The notes under the pieces: generated by a model
Told to the model about the DNA's origin: nothing
Seen by the model: only the letters and a program-made list of their open reading frames with translations
The model's database searches: none
NCBI GenBank assembly: GCA_030390025.1
Contig: CM059431.1
Span: 159,528,001-159,592,000 of the forward strand
DNA: 64,000 nt
DNA from: Squalus acanthias
Lineage: Eukaryota
Direction: 5' to 3'
Translations under genes and position numbers: made by a program
Shown: one piece after another, positions 11,118 through 23,556 of the stretch
Layout: each line of letters starts with the position of its first letter
Position numbering within the stretch: the first letter of the stretch is position 1

Positions 11118-11322
11118 AATTCGACATGGGCGGGACGCAAAACAAGCGGAATCGCACTTTCCGCCCGTTATACGACACACCCAATGTTCAGATTTATTGA
11201 AGCGAATTGAACTGAATATCGGGCGATTGACTGCAATGGGACTGAATATCAGGCGCTGCGCCTGACGGGCGGCCGATGCGATACCGCCCGTTTTGCGCCA
11301 CCGCCCGAGATGAATATCTAGG
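11118..11322. mobile_element. Palindromic MITE, degraded
   Basis: Same family as 51076-51254 and 6867-6996. Confidence 0.7.
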
Positions 11323-11355
11323 ACATTAGATTTTTCTGGAATTGAACCAAAATAC

Positions 11356-13075
11356 CTGAGCTTTTTGCATTTGTTTAACACTGGGAGAAGCCTCTGGATG
11401 TGCTCAACTTCAATGCCGCAGTAAACTAGGTTCAGTTCCTCGATGATCTCACAGGGTTCCAGGACTGTCGCCAGTACTGTGCAGTCCATCATGTTCAGTG
11501 TAACACCGCTAAATTCAGTTTTCTTCATTGAGCCAAGTAGGTCTTGCATGAGCTGAGTGTCCTGAGATTCATACAGGAGATAGAATGTGTTCAGGAGTGT
11601 TCTTTTGTTCTCCGCACTGTGCACGTTTTTGAAATCTTCTTCCAGCTTCGCCCTCAGCCAATCCTTGACCTGTTTGGCAGAACTTTCAGGAAAGGAACCC
11701 AAATCATCCCGGAGCTTCTGGGCTGTAGAAGGCGAGGAGAGCCCAATGAGGAAACGCAGAAATATCTCAAACCGACCATCTCTGTAACTGTAGGCGTTAT
11801 TCAGAATGTCTTTTATACCTTGTGGAGGTGGGTTCAGAAGGATGGAGAGAGCCGCGAGAAACTCTTGGATGGTGAGGTGAGGGAAGGTGTGGACAACAGC
11901 CTTGGTAGAGGAATCTTCCTCAAGGATTTCCATCATAAAACCAGAGGTGAACTGTGAAGGCTGGAGACCGTGGCGACTGAAATCATTATCATAAAATATC
12001 AGTTTTCTCTTGCACACTCCTTCATAAGCCATCGCGCCAATCTTCAGTAAAAGTTCACGTCGGTCCTCTCTATCGCACCCCCACCGTTTTAAAAGACCAG
12101 CGATATAGTTTGAAAACAGATCGGAGACTGTTTCAGGCAGTGATATCTCGTTTGCTTTACGCTGTTCAAAAAGCGGTCCGAGTGTAGAACAGATGATGCT
12201 ACAGTAGCAAGGATTAAAGCACAGGGTGTACAGGATGTCATTCTGCTCTACGTAAGCAAAAACTTCAGCAGCAAATTCTTCGTTTTGAAAAAATCTCTTA
12301 AAATATTCTCTTCTTTCTTCTTTAAAGAACCCCAAGATCTCCGCCCAGAGACTGACCCCAGCTTGATCCAGTGATTCCAGGGCAGTGGGTCGGCTCGTGA
12401 TCAGCACTGAACAGCCCTTCAGCACTTTCCCCTGGACCAGGCACCGGACAATATCCGACACTTCACACCGACACTCGGGATCGAAACAGTGATACTCAGT
12501 GGCCGTGTTTCTTTTTTGATCACTAAAATCAATCTTCTCATTAAATTCATCCAAACCATCGAATATGATCAGTATATTATTTGGTTCTTCCCAAACCTTC
12601 TGAAGGTACTTCTGAAAATAAGGATATGAATCCAGAACCATTTGGTTCAGACTTGTCCTGTTTTCTATTGTATTGAAGTCCCGAAATTTGAAAAGAAAGA
12701 CAAAGTTGAACTGTTGATAGATTTTGCCTGCGGCCCAGTTATGGACAATCTTTCGCACCATCGTGGTTTTACCGATTCCCGCCACTCCTGTTATTACCGA
12801 GGTTCCAGACAGACTCGTTCGGCTGAAACTGCTTCTGAATAATTGATCGATCTGAACTTTCTCCAGTAATTGTTTAACGTTCAGCTTTTGCCACTTTTCG
12901 TGTTCTTGGCCTCTAGACAGCAGTTCGTGTTCTACAAGTGACCGTTGACGAGGAGAAGAAATAATTTGTAAATCTGTGTACTTGTCAAGTGAAACCATCT
13001 CTTCCTTTCTACCTTTGTTCTCAATCGGCTTCTCACATTGTTTGCAGAGAGCTTCTTTGTGTTGATTGTGAATCT
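11356..13075 (-). CDS. NLR NACHT exon (NACHT, winged helix, HD2, first LRR), open reading frame
   Basis: Walker A GVAGIGKT, Walker B LIIFDGLDE, sensor LITSRP, FPHLTIQEFLAA and FEIFLRFLIGL. Ends KKLR|gtattt; acceptor tttcaag| is in phase with the 18298-18233 exon. Confidence 0.93.
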
Positions 13076-13085
13076 CTTGAAAACT

Positions 13086-14610
13086 GTGGTAGGTAAAATT
13101 TTGGAGTCCATTATTAAGGAAACAGTAACAGGACATTTGGATAATCATAATTTAATAGGACAAAGTCAGCATGGTTTTACGAAGGGGAAGTCATGTTTGA
13201 CAAATTTGCTGGAGTTCTTTGAGGAAGTAACATATAGAGTGGATAAAGGGGAACCAGTGGACGTAGTGTATTTAGACTTCCAAAAGGCATTTGACAAGGT
13301 GCCACACAAAAGATTATTGCTTAAGGTAAAAAATCACGGGATTGGGGGTAATATTCTGGCATGGATAGAGGATTGGCTATCTAACAGAAAGCAAAGAGTT
13401 GGGATAAATGGTTCATTCTCAGACTGGCAATCAGTAACTAGTGGTGTTCCACAGGGGTCAGTGCTGGGTCCCCAACTCTTCACAATCTATATTAACGATT
13501 TGGAGGAAGGGACCAAGTGTAACATATCAAAATTTGCAGATGATACAAAGATGGGAGGGAAAGTAGTGAGTGAGGAGGACATAAAAAACCTGCAAGGGGA
13601 CATAGACAGGCTAAGTAAGTGGGCAGAGATTTGGCAGATGGAATACAACACTGGAAAGTGTGAGGTGATGCACTTTGGCAGGAAAAATCCTAGAGCAATT
13701 TATTATCTTAATGGCAAGAAACTGGAGAGTACTGAAGTGCAAAGGGATCTGGGGGTCCTGGTGCACGAAACTCAAAAGGTTAGTATGCAGGTGCAGCAAG
13801 TGATTAAGAAGGCAAATGGAATGTTGGCTTTCATTGCTAGGGGGATAGAATATAAAAATAGGGAGGTATTGCTTCAGTTGTACAAGGTATTGGTGAGACC
13901 GCACCTGGAATACTGCATACAGTTTTGGTGTCCTTACTTAAGGAAAGACATCCTTGCTCTCGAGGCAGTGCAAAAAAGGTTCACTCGGTTAATCCCGGGG
14001 ATGAGGGGGTGGTCATATGAGGAGAGGTTGGGTAGATTGGGACTCTACTCATTGGAGTTCAGAAGAATGAGAGGCGATCTTATTGAAACATATAAGATTG
14101 TGAAGGGGTTGGATCGGGTGGATGCGGGGAGGATGTTCCCGATGACGGGTGAGACGAGAACTAGGGGACATAGTCTTAGAATAAGGGGCTGCTCTTTCAA
14201 AACTGAGATGAGGAGGAACTACTTCACTCAGAGGGTGGTAGGTCCATGGAATATGCTGCCACAAAAAGCTGTAGAAGCTACAACATGAATTAAATTTAAA
14301 ACAGAAATAGACAGTTTCCTGGAAGTAAAGGGCATTAAGGGTTACGGGGAGCGGGCAGGAATTTGGACATGAGTCTAGGTTCGGATCGGTCATGGCCCTG
14401 TGGGTAGTGGAGCGGGCCCAGGGACTGTGTAGCCTGATTCTGCTCCTATTTCGTGTGTGCAATTCTGTTAGATGCAGGAGATGGTTCTGTGATAGATAGT
14501 AGATTGGCGGTTAGGATCAGATCAGCCATGATCTTATTGAATGGCGGAGCAGGCTCGAGGGGCCGATTGGCCTACTCCTGCTCCTATTTCTTATGTTCTT
14601 ATGTTCTTAT
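13086..14610 (+). mobile_element. Young 5'-truncated CR1 LINE
   Basis: About 400 codons open with [21 protein letters not shown] and FADD; one premature TGA at 14286; TTATGTTC tail. Confidence 0.95.
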
Positions 14611-15749
14611 GAACATCCCCAAAACAAGAAAAAAAAGTTTAAATACATTACAAAAATATTTGACATAAGATATTCAAAGGAATATTCAAATTTGCGTATA
14701 ATACATGATTTCAAGCACATTTTTGTCCTAATGCTGCCGGCCGGCTCCACCGACAGATCTCCTCTCCATCTCTCTCAAACTTCATTCTTCATGAGTTGAT
14801 CTGGGTGACTGTCAGATGACTAATATATCGTGGGAGGGAGGGGTTTCACAGCGGCATCCCAATCTTTCCAGTAGGGGACATGGGATAGAAGTCGGAGCTG
14901 GGAATCTGGTGACTTTCTCTTCCTTGAAGCTGAGTTGCTGAGAACAATTTTTGTATTTCTAACGCCAACAAGCTTAGTTCCTATAGATCAATTGCCACTC
15001 AATGCATATTTCCTCAAACATCTCTCCAATTATTCGCTATGTATGTTCACACAATTAAAGTAATGGGCTCACTAGCTGTCCATTCCATATGAGTACACTG
15101 TTTAACCTTAAGCTGAAACTCTTCTCCCTGTACTAGATTTATAGCACCCTCTAAAATGTTCTTCAAGTCTAATTGATCCGTAGCTTAAGCATCTTATGTT
15201 GTTAAATAATTCCAACTCCGTCTTCACTGCCCGAAACGCACAACTACCCTTAAATTTTCCTGGTTCAGCCAATTATCCATCCGCCTCAGAAGTGTATTTC
15301 CTTTTTCCATGTCTTCCGACCCTTTATATTCATCGTTTTATATTCCTATAGATCCACCTGCTACCTATAGTTATTTTTCACATTAGGGAGCAATGTCTCT
15401 TTTGGCCCAAATACCCTGCTTTACTTCCATCTTATTTTCCCTTTGTTACTGTTGTCCCCATGTTCTGTAGGTTGTATACAGTATGCCAGTGTGTATTGCC
15501 TTAACAGTGCAGAACAGTCTTAACCATCGTCTTCTCAAAATGTGCGTTTATCAAGCTGAATATTTCTATTGCACTTACTATCTTTTCTATTGTAATCATA
15601 ACTTTAAAATCTATTATATTGAGCCCACTATTGCCACGTTGTTCGCAGACTCTGATATTCTTGACCATCTGCTGATTCTTGATTGATGTCAGATCCGGAA
15701 TGGCAGGCCCCTTGAAAAGATTGCTGTAGATAGCAATTTAATATTTCAG

Positions 15750-17180
15750 GCAAAGGAAGTAGGTGAGCACTTTGCAGATGCCATAACTATCATCTTTTAA
15801 ATTTCTCTCAATTAAGGAACGTTTCCTTTTGATTCGGAAATTGCACGTCACTCCGCTATTTAAGAAAGGTGAGGGAGATAAAAACCACCGAATTACAGAC
15901 CATTTAGTCTGGCATCTGTTGTCGGGAGATTACTAGAGTCTATAACTAAGGATAGAGTGACTGAACAACTTTAAATTTTTTAGCTGATCAGAGAGAGCCA
16001 GCATGGATTTGTAAAGGGTATTTCATGTCTGACGAACCTGATTGCATGTTTTGAAGAGTTGACTAAAGAAGTGGACAGGGGAATGTCTGTGGATGTTATT
16101 TATATGGACTTCCAGAAGGCATTTGATAAAATCCCTCATAAGTGATTGTTAGCTAAAGTTGAAGCTCATGGAATTGAAGACAAATTATTGACATGGCTAG
16201 GATATTGGCTGAGCGGCAGGAGATGGAGAGAAGGAGTAATGTGCAGGTACTCTAATTGGCAGGATGTGACTAGTGGTGTCCCACAGGGATCTGTGTTGGT
16301 GCCTCAACTATTCACTGTATTTATCAATGAATTAGATGATGGGATAGGGAGCCACGTTTGCTGATAACACAAAGATGTGCAGCCTTGTAAGCAGTGTAGA
16401 TGGAAGCATAAAATTACAAAGCGATATTAATAGATGAAGTGAATGGGCAAAGCTGTGGCAAATGCATTTCAACATAAGAAAGTGTGAGGTCAGCCACTTT
16501 GGACCAAAAAGGTTAGGTCCGAGTACTTGCTAAACGGTATAAAGCTAAAAGCAGTCGAAGTCCAAAGAGACTTAGGGTTTCGTGCATATAGATCGTTAAA
16601 ATTTCATGGACAGGTACAGAAACTAATCGAATAGGCTAATGGAATGCTGCGCTTTATATTTAGAGGTCTAGAATGCAAAGGGGTAGCAGTTATGCGGCAG
16701 CTATACAAAGCCTTGGTTAGACCACACCTGAAGTACTGTGTTCGGTTCTGGGCACCACACTTTAGGAAGGAAATATTGGCCTTGGAGGGAGTGCAACGTG
16801 GATTTACCAGAATGATACCTGGACTCCAAGGGTTCAATTACGAGCAGAGACCACAACAATTAGGGTTGTATTCCCTGGGATTTAAAAGTTTAAGGGGTGA
16901 TTTGATATAAGTTTTCAAGATATTAAGGGGAACAGATAGGGTAGAGAGAGAGAAACGATTTCCGCTGGTTTGGGATTCTAGGACTAGGGGGCATAGTCTA
17001 AAAATTAGAGCCAGGCCTTTCAGGAGTGAAATTAGGAAGGACTTTTACACGCAAAGGATGGTAGATGATTGGATCTCTCGTCTGCGAATTGCAATTGATG
17101 CTTGGTGTATGTTAATTTTAAATATGCGATTGATAGATTTTTATGTCAACCAAAAGTGATTAAGTGATATGAAGCAAAGA
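15750..17180 (+). mobile_element. Degraded CR1 LINE
   Basis: RT fragments ([21 protein letters not shown]) with many stops. Confidence 0.88.
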
Positions 17181-17436
17181 CCCGTATCTGACTTGAAGAT
17201 CCCTCTACCAGTGTGTGAGCTGCAGCATGAAATACAGCTTCTCTATATTTTTCTACCTGATTCTTTCTTTATGCATTCGTTTATTTTTTTTAAATAGCTA
17301 GCATTATGCATCCTGCACGCATCACTAGTGTAGCCGAAGTTCGAAGGTATTCCATATTTAATTAATAATAGTTGGATCTTATATTTACAAAGTCATCAGA
17401 GAATCATTGACTGAGCCTGCGCTGTTCAGAAGCAAT

Positions 17437-18172
17437 GGCCTGGAATTTGCGGGCAGCTGGATTTTCTTTCAGTAATTCTGTCAGCAATGGCTTCGGACTC
17501 TGCATTTGAATAAAAATTGCCCACATTGCTCTCGCAATCGCTGCGGCGAGAGGTTTGCCTTTTTCGACGTTCAAGTGATTTCAGCGCACTGTACTGGGAA
17601 TCCCTCGTGCGATGCTCATGTGACGTCAACAAACTGTCTAAGCAGCCAATCACATTGCAGAATTCTCATAGACAGGAAACCAGGAAATGAGAAGTTGTTT
17701 TTTTCTGGAATTTTAAAAAAGGTTGCAGAGAGCGAAACAAAGATTGGGGCTGTCACATGGGGATGAGGTCGAATCTGCAATATCAGGAACAAGCTTTAAA
17801 ACAAATTAAAGTTGTTTAAAAATTGTATTTTCTATCATAATGGAGAAATTTGACACTCCATATAATTAAAATTAGTTTTTCTGGGCCATAACGTTTGTTT
17901 ACCCGTCAATATACTACTAAAACGCCAGTTACATCTATTCCAAAATGCCTAACATTTAATGGTGTATTTAACAGCGATATTAGTGCGGAAAAAGCCAGGT
18001 TTTCGTCAGTTTCACTGATTTCACTGATTGCTAGCTATGGGTAGGGGTGGGTGGTCCACAGCGCAGCCACAGAGCAATCAATGACTGACCACAACTTTTC
18101 CACATTTAGATACGCATGCGCTAAATCCTGAAGTTGCCGTCAGTTTCAGAGGAGTAATAACGCTTTGGGCTT
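17437..18172. mobile_element. Probable Harbinger-type MITE, diverged
   Basis: AAT then GGCCTGGAATTT start; GC-rich ends around an AT-rich core. Right end is uncertain. Confidence 0.4.
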
Positions 18173-18232
18173 CCTGTGCTAGTAACTGAAGAGCGATTCA
18201 ATAGATTATCAAATGTTTAAAACACCACGTAC

Positions 18233-18298
18233 CTTCCAAATAATGCGGCACTTTTGATTCAATTTGGCTCCAGCTTGCTTCTTTTAGTAAATTGCAAC
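18233..18298 (-). CDS. NLR linker exon (66 nt)
   Basis: caatag| CNLLKEASWSQIESKVPHYLE |gtacgt; phase 1-1. Confidence 0.75.
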
Positions 18299-18408
18299 CT
18301 ATTGAGAAATGTGCGATTCCTATTTACTATCAATGTAATAGTACATAAAGTATTAAGGGAAACATATATTTTAATACTGAACTGCAGTGAAAGTGGGCCA
18401 CCTAATAC

Positions 18409-18580
18409 CTTTTTCTTGTATTTCTTTCAGTATTCCTCTCAGCTTTGGCTTCGTACACTGCATCTTCACAAATATTTCAAACATTGCTCTGGCTGCTTTA
18501 GCTCCGCTTTCGATGACTGTATTGAAAAGGAAATTTGAAGCTTCGTTTCTACGTTCTGTTCCCACTAGCTCCCGGAGGTG
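18409..18580 (-). CDS. NLR death-fold-like exon, second half
   Basis: ttccag| HLRELVGTERRNEASNFLFNTVIESGAKAARAMFEIFVKMQCTKPKLRGILKEIQEK |gtatta; CARD-like LLxxVxxxGxxA pattern. Confidence 0.82.
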
Positions 18581-18705
18581 CTGGAAATACAATGCAGAAA
18601 ATTTCAACCCAACTTCTTGCACTGTTTTATATCAATCGTGCATAACACTTGTAAGACAAATATATACAGTTCAATTGATTTGGACGCGGGAATCAGAAGT
18701 ACATT

Positions 18706-19455
18706 GGCCCAGAAATTCGGGTCGGAGGCTTCCCGTGGGTGCAAGCATAGCAGCTGCAGTTACATAGCGCGCCTGCCGTTGTGCTGTGGGCCCGCGTGGG
18801 ATTCATATCCTGGGCCTCCTACAGCTGCCGGTGTGCAGTGCTCGCGTATCCCAGCTGCGAAGCTGGTTCGCAGCATCCCCTGGGATCACGTGGGCCATGG
18901 GGTGCCAATCGGAGCAGGGAATCTCCATTCATAGATTTGACAGGAAGACCTGTCAAATTTATGAATAGAGAGCGGCCCCAAAACCTAAGTAAAACTTCAA
19001 AAAAAAATTTTTAAATCATCACATTTTTAAAATAACTATAAATTACATAAAGTACACAAATTAATTTTGAAAAAATGTATTAAAGTTTTTAACTGGGCTA
19101 AAAATAAACTTACCTTTCTTTAAAGTATTTAAAAATGATAAACCAGTGGAAAAAATGTTTAAATTTTACTTAATTCAACTCTTACCTTGTTAAAAGCTGG
19201 CCTTGCGCCTGCTTTTTCCATGCGCAGCTGCTATGGACCTACTCACACGGAGAAACCTGTAAAAAAAGTGGAAGTTCGATGCGTACGCGCTGCCTCTCCG
19301 GCGCACGCGGTTGACCTCCGAACCCCTTCCTTCAAGAGAGCGGAAGTTCCGGTTTCCCGTGCATGCGTACTGCATGCGCGAAATCGGCACTTCCGGTGGC
19401 CCTGCGGGTGAATACACAACGCGTACTCACCCGTGGGGACCCGAATTTCTGGGCC
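18706..19455. mobile_element. Harbinger-type MITE
   Basis: TIRs GGCCCAGAAATTCGG / CCGAATTTCTGGGCC; inverted relative of 60752-61512. Confidence 0.9.
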
Positions 19456-19458
19456 AAT

Positions 19459-20105
19459 GGTCCTGAAATTGCGGTCGGAGTCTTCCGCGGGCGAATGCCT
19501 CCGAACCGCGAGAAAGCTCCGCACCTACCTGGTGCCTCCGTATCTTCAGACTCTTGCGGTCCTGTGCCTGCAGGCGAGGCGTGCACCTGCTTAGAGGCCC
19601 ACGTATCCCAGGGGCGCGTGTGGTTCGCACTCATCCCTGGGATCACGTGGACCGGCCCAACCAATCTCAAAAGGGGATTCCCGTAATGCTTTTGGGAATT
19701 CCATTTACAGATGGAATTTCCTTAAACATAATAGAAATCACCCAAAAATACATTTCACACAACCTAAATAAAAATAAATCATCACATGTTTAAAATTAAT
19801 TAAAATACAATTTAATTAACCATTTAAAACAAAAATGTCATTTTTTGAGATAAATATTGAAACATTTTTAAAGCGGCCAAAAATAACCTAAACTAATTTT
19901 AAAGGTTTTTGAATGTTTAAATGATTTTGTAACAAAAATATATTTCTTTACACTCTTATGCTGGTAAAAAAAGAAGGCCTTACGCCTGCTTTTACCAGGT
20001 GAAAGAGTTTCTTGGGCATTTGCTGGGCAGCAGTTGGGCAAATAGTTCAACCCTGCGCCGGCGAATGCCCATTTCTTGCGCATGCGGACGATTGTCAACC
20101 TGAAG
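19459..20105. mobile_element. Harbinger-type MITE, right end truncated, abutting the previous copy
   Basis: Starts GGTCCTGAAATTGCGGTCGGAG after a 3-bp AAT spacer; inverted relative of 32401-33122. Confidence 0.8.
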
Positions 20106-20700
20106 TCTGAAGTACAATGCAAACTGGTAAAAATTAGACGATCATTTTAAATTAGGAATTAAAGTCGAGATGGATGAGGCATTAATTGAACGAAGAAAAT
20201 CACGTTGGAAAAATCTTCAGCTGGGTAGATTTACGGCAGGTGAAGTTCAATGAACCTGTTTATATTGAATTACATAGAATATACGGCACGCAAACAGGCC
20301 ATCCGGCCCAGTTGCTCCATGCCGATGGTTATGCTCCACACGAGCTTCCTCCCACCCGTGTTCATCTGAACCTATCAGCCTATCTTTCTGTTCCTATTTC
20401 CCTCATCTAGCTGCCCGTTAAATGCACCTACTCTATTCGCCTCCACTACCCTGTGTGGTAGCAAGTTACACATTCTATGGAGAAAAGAGTCCCAACCTGT
20501 AGCGAGATTGACAAATTGACAATACTCAATGAGCGGCATGTAACTGGCATGAGGAGAGGCTGAAAGATCTGCGAGTCGTAATAGTCTCAACACTTGCACA
20601 GGTAGATGTGCAGCACCCAGGATGGAATCGTACCACTTGGTAACACATATCAAGAACCTTGCATTCCCAGTAAGTAATTGTCCAACAATAATGGTGTCAG

Positions 20701-21130
20701 TGGTACGGTAGCATAGTGGTTATGTTACTGGACTAGTAAGCCAAAGGCTTGGACTGATGATGTAGAGACCTCAATTCAAATGTCCACCATGGCAGCTGAG
20801 GAATTTAAATTCAGTTAATGAAATAAATCTGGGATAAAAAGCAAGTTTCATGAAACTACTGCATTGTCGCAAAAGCCCACCTGGTTCACAGATCTCCTTT
20901 AGGAAAGGACATATGTCTGGTCTGGTCTATGTGTGACTCCAAACCCACAGCAAGGTGGATGACTCTTAACTGACTCTGAAATGGACTAGCAAGCCACTCA
21001 GTCGTGCCAAACCGCATCAAAGAAGCATCATCGGCTGCTGCGGTTCAACCATCTTCCCAAGGGCATTTAGGGATGGGCAATAAATGGTGGCCTTGCCAGC
21101 GAAAACCACATCCCGTGACTGATTTTTTTT
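20701..21130 (+). mobile_element. tRNA-derived SINE with a LINE-derived 3' tail
   Basis: A box TAGCATAGTGG at 20709-20719 and a degenerate B box; tail matches the LINE end at about 9975-10057. Confidence 0.8.
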
Positions 21131-21263
21131 TAAATTGCCAACATGCAAAATGGCCTGGAGCATGAATGTCAAAAATCGATCTGCCATGATGATGAGATAT
21201 TGCTTAACAGCCATCATAAAAGCAAATTTCATGGTAAGTTATTTTGGCAAATCACTAGATAAT

Positions 21264-22026
21264 GGCCCGAAAATTAGACCTAATACGCGAGAGTACGCAT
21301 TGTGTACTCTCGCGTATTAGGTCCCGAATTGCCGGTTTCCTGCATGCACTGCGCAAGCGCGGGAAACCGGCACTTCGTGTATTGCAAAGGGGGCGGTTCA
21401 TAAGTGAACCGCGTGCGCACTACAGGTTGTGCACACGCAGTGCACTTAGGTTTTTTTTCAGGTTTGAATGCGCAGGTAAGTGGTGAAGATTTTACACATA
21501 AAGAAAGCAGGCGTAGGACCCCCTTTTAACAAGGTAAGTAGTTAATTAAGTGTTATTTAAAAAAAATTTCAACAGGTTTATCTTTTTTAGAGACTTTAAA
21601 GAAAAATAAGTTTATTTTTATAACTTTTAAAAAGATTTAAAATGTTTTCAAAAATTTAATTTTTTGTTTAAAGTGGTTAATTTATTTAACTATAGTTATT
21701 TTATTAATATGATGGCTTGTTTTTAATTTAATTGAGGTTTAGCTGTTCTTTTGGGGGCTTGTAGTATTCATAGCTTTGACAGCCCTTGCTGTCAAAACTA
21801 TGAATGAAAGATGGTGTGCTGCCATTGGATCTAACTGAATCACGTGATCCCAGAGCTCGCACGAACTAATTGCGCCTTCGGGACACGCAAGCACTGCAAG
21901 CTGGCAACAGGGAGAGGCCCTGAAACTGAAGTTCGTGTGGGCCCGAAACAAAAAGGTAGGCGCGGAGTGCGATATCGCGGGGAATCCTTACCCCAGGGGG
22001 AACCATTGATGTTTAATTTCTGGGCC
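21264..22026. mobile_element. Non-autonomous relative of the 80-4849 Harbinger (inverted)
   Basis: Left about 110 bp matches the reverse complement of about 4737-4849, including the TACGCGAGAGTAC hairpin; right end matches the reverse complement of about 80-180. Confidence 0.88.
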
Positions 22027-22802
22027 ATTAATTCTGAGTCTGCCCGTGCGTACCCAGAGAGGCCCAGGATCTCAAGCCTCCGTACCTCCTGGGCCACCTG
22101 GTAAATGCGTAGACATTCTACAGGTCGCAGGAAGCTTCTGATTGCAAATGTTCGGCCAATGTATCGAATGATGGATTGTTCAGAGGCCAGTAGATGTGGT
22201 AACTTGGAACGATTGGTATATGTGGAAGGCTTCACTAGACGCGCAGACTAGCCTCCTCATATCAATGTTCGTTATATTCCAGTGGTTTATCTTCTAAGGA
22301 AAACAGTCACGTGGCTTGAGTGTTGATTGTTCGTTTGATTACATTTTTAGAAATTAATTTAAAGCGGAGAAGATGATATTCTTTGAAATTGCTGTGAAAA
22401 TCTATCCAAGATCTTACTTCAGTATTTTATAGATACTTGCATCTCAAATAAGTTCAGGTTACTGTAAGTTTCACCGCATATCTGGGAATTATAATACATC
22501 TTCACGTAAAAAGTTGACTCAAGCATTACTGGAGAGTGCTATTATTATGAAATTCTATTCATTGTGAAAGAAAAGATCACGGCCTTTCCTAAACATGCAA
22601 TACTGCAGAAGATTGGATGAACCCGAACATGCATTTTCTGTTAAATAATTATTTCTCAGATTACATCAGTTTTGTTCAGCAAGGAACAATTTCAGAGCAC
22701 CCCAAATCACGGAAGTAAATTGTAAATAACCATTGACTCTGAATTTTATTTTACGTTACAGTTTTAAATCGTGAAATATTCCCTCCTGCGATTCCAACCT
22801 AC

Positions 22803-22971
22803 CTGATATGCTTGACTATTAATCAGGTTTTCCGTCAGTAACGCCAAACCAACACTATCAACAAATTCTTCAATAGCGTCTTCCAATCTCTGACGGTAGA
22901 ATAATGTGATTTTACGGAGGTCATTGTCCTGAAACTTGCCAGAAGTTCCTTCATTTGAGCCTCAGCGTCTA
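22803..22971 (-). CDS. NLR death-fold-like exon, first half, with a -1 frameshift
   Basis: cgacag| DAEAQMKELLAS / QDNDLRKITLFYRQRLEDAIEEFVDSVGLALLTENLINSQAYQ |gtaggt; 169 nt where 170 is needed. Confidence 0.78.
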
Positions 22972-22974
22972 CTG

Positions 22975-23378
22975 TCGAGAGATAAAGGAGAAAGAATATG
23001 ATTATTTAAAAAATAATATTGTGGCAATTATTTCTTAATTAACTAAAATTGAAGAGATTTGTTTTTCATTTCTGGGTTATTCTGAAGTGGTGACATTTCT
23101 CAGTTTCAGAACTCAGCCCAGAACCTCAATGGTGGAAATAAAAAGGAATATATGTTCACTGCTGTAGAATCAGAGAATCAAAATCACTTTTACCCGTGTC
23201 CTCCCCAAACCTTGGGTCAACATCTGGCTGTGTAGGGAATAATAAACAGAAACACTCAGAATCTATATGATCATGCAATATATATATAATACTAGGTGTA
23301 TTTTATCAGCCACCAACTAGTAGGAAGGATATAGAGTTGCAAATCTGGATTGAAATTCCGGAGAGGTGCAAGTACTAT
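22975..23378. repeat. Local direct duplication, copy 1 (copy 2 at 25212-25616)
   Basis: About 400 bp of colinear, highly similar intronic sequence. Confidence 0.9.
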
Positions 23379-23556
23379 GGACTAGTGGAGGCAGAGGGCA
23401 TGGCTGAGGTACTAAATGAGTACTCAGCTTCTGTCTTTACCAAGGAAGAAGATATTGCCCAAGTCAAAGTAAAAGAGGAGGTAGTTCAGAAACTGGATGG
23501 AGTAAAAATTGATAAAGCAGTGGTACTAGAAAGACTGGCTGTACTTAAAGTAGATA

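Noticed and set aside
11109..11355. C-terminal extension of the 679-aa NACHT ORF
   Set aside because: Read-through past the donor at 11355 into the intron and a MITE.
13038..13148. Apparent antisense overlap of an RT ORF with the NACHT ORF
   Set aside because: Both ORFs simply read across the LINE junction; the real exon starts near 13075 and the LINE near 13086.
20701..20790. tRNA gene (also about 45598-45670)
   Set aside because: A and B boxes are the heads of SINEs; no convincing cloverleaf.
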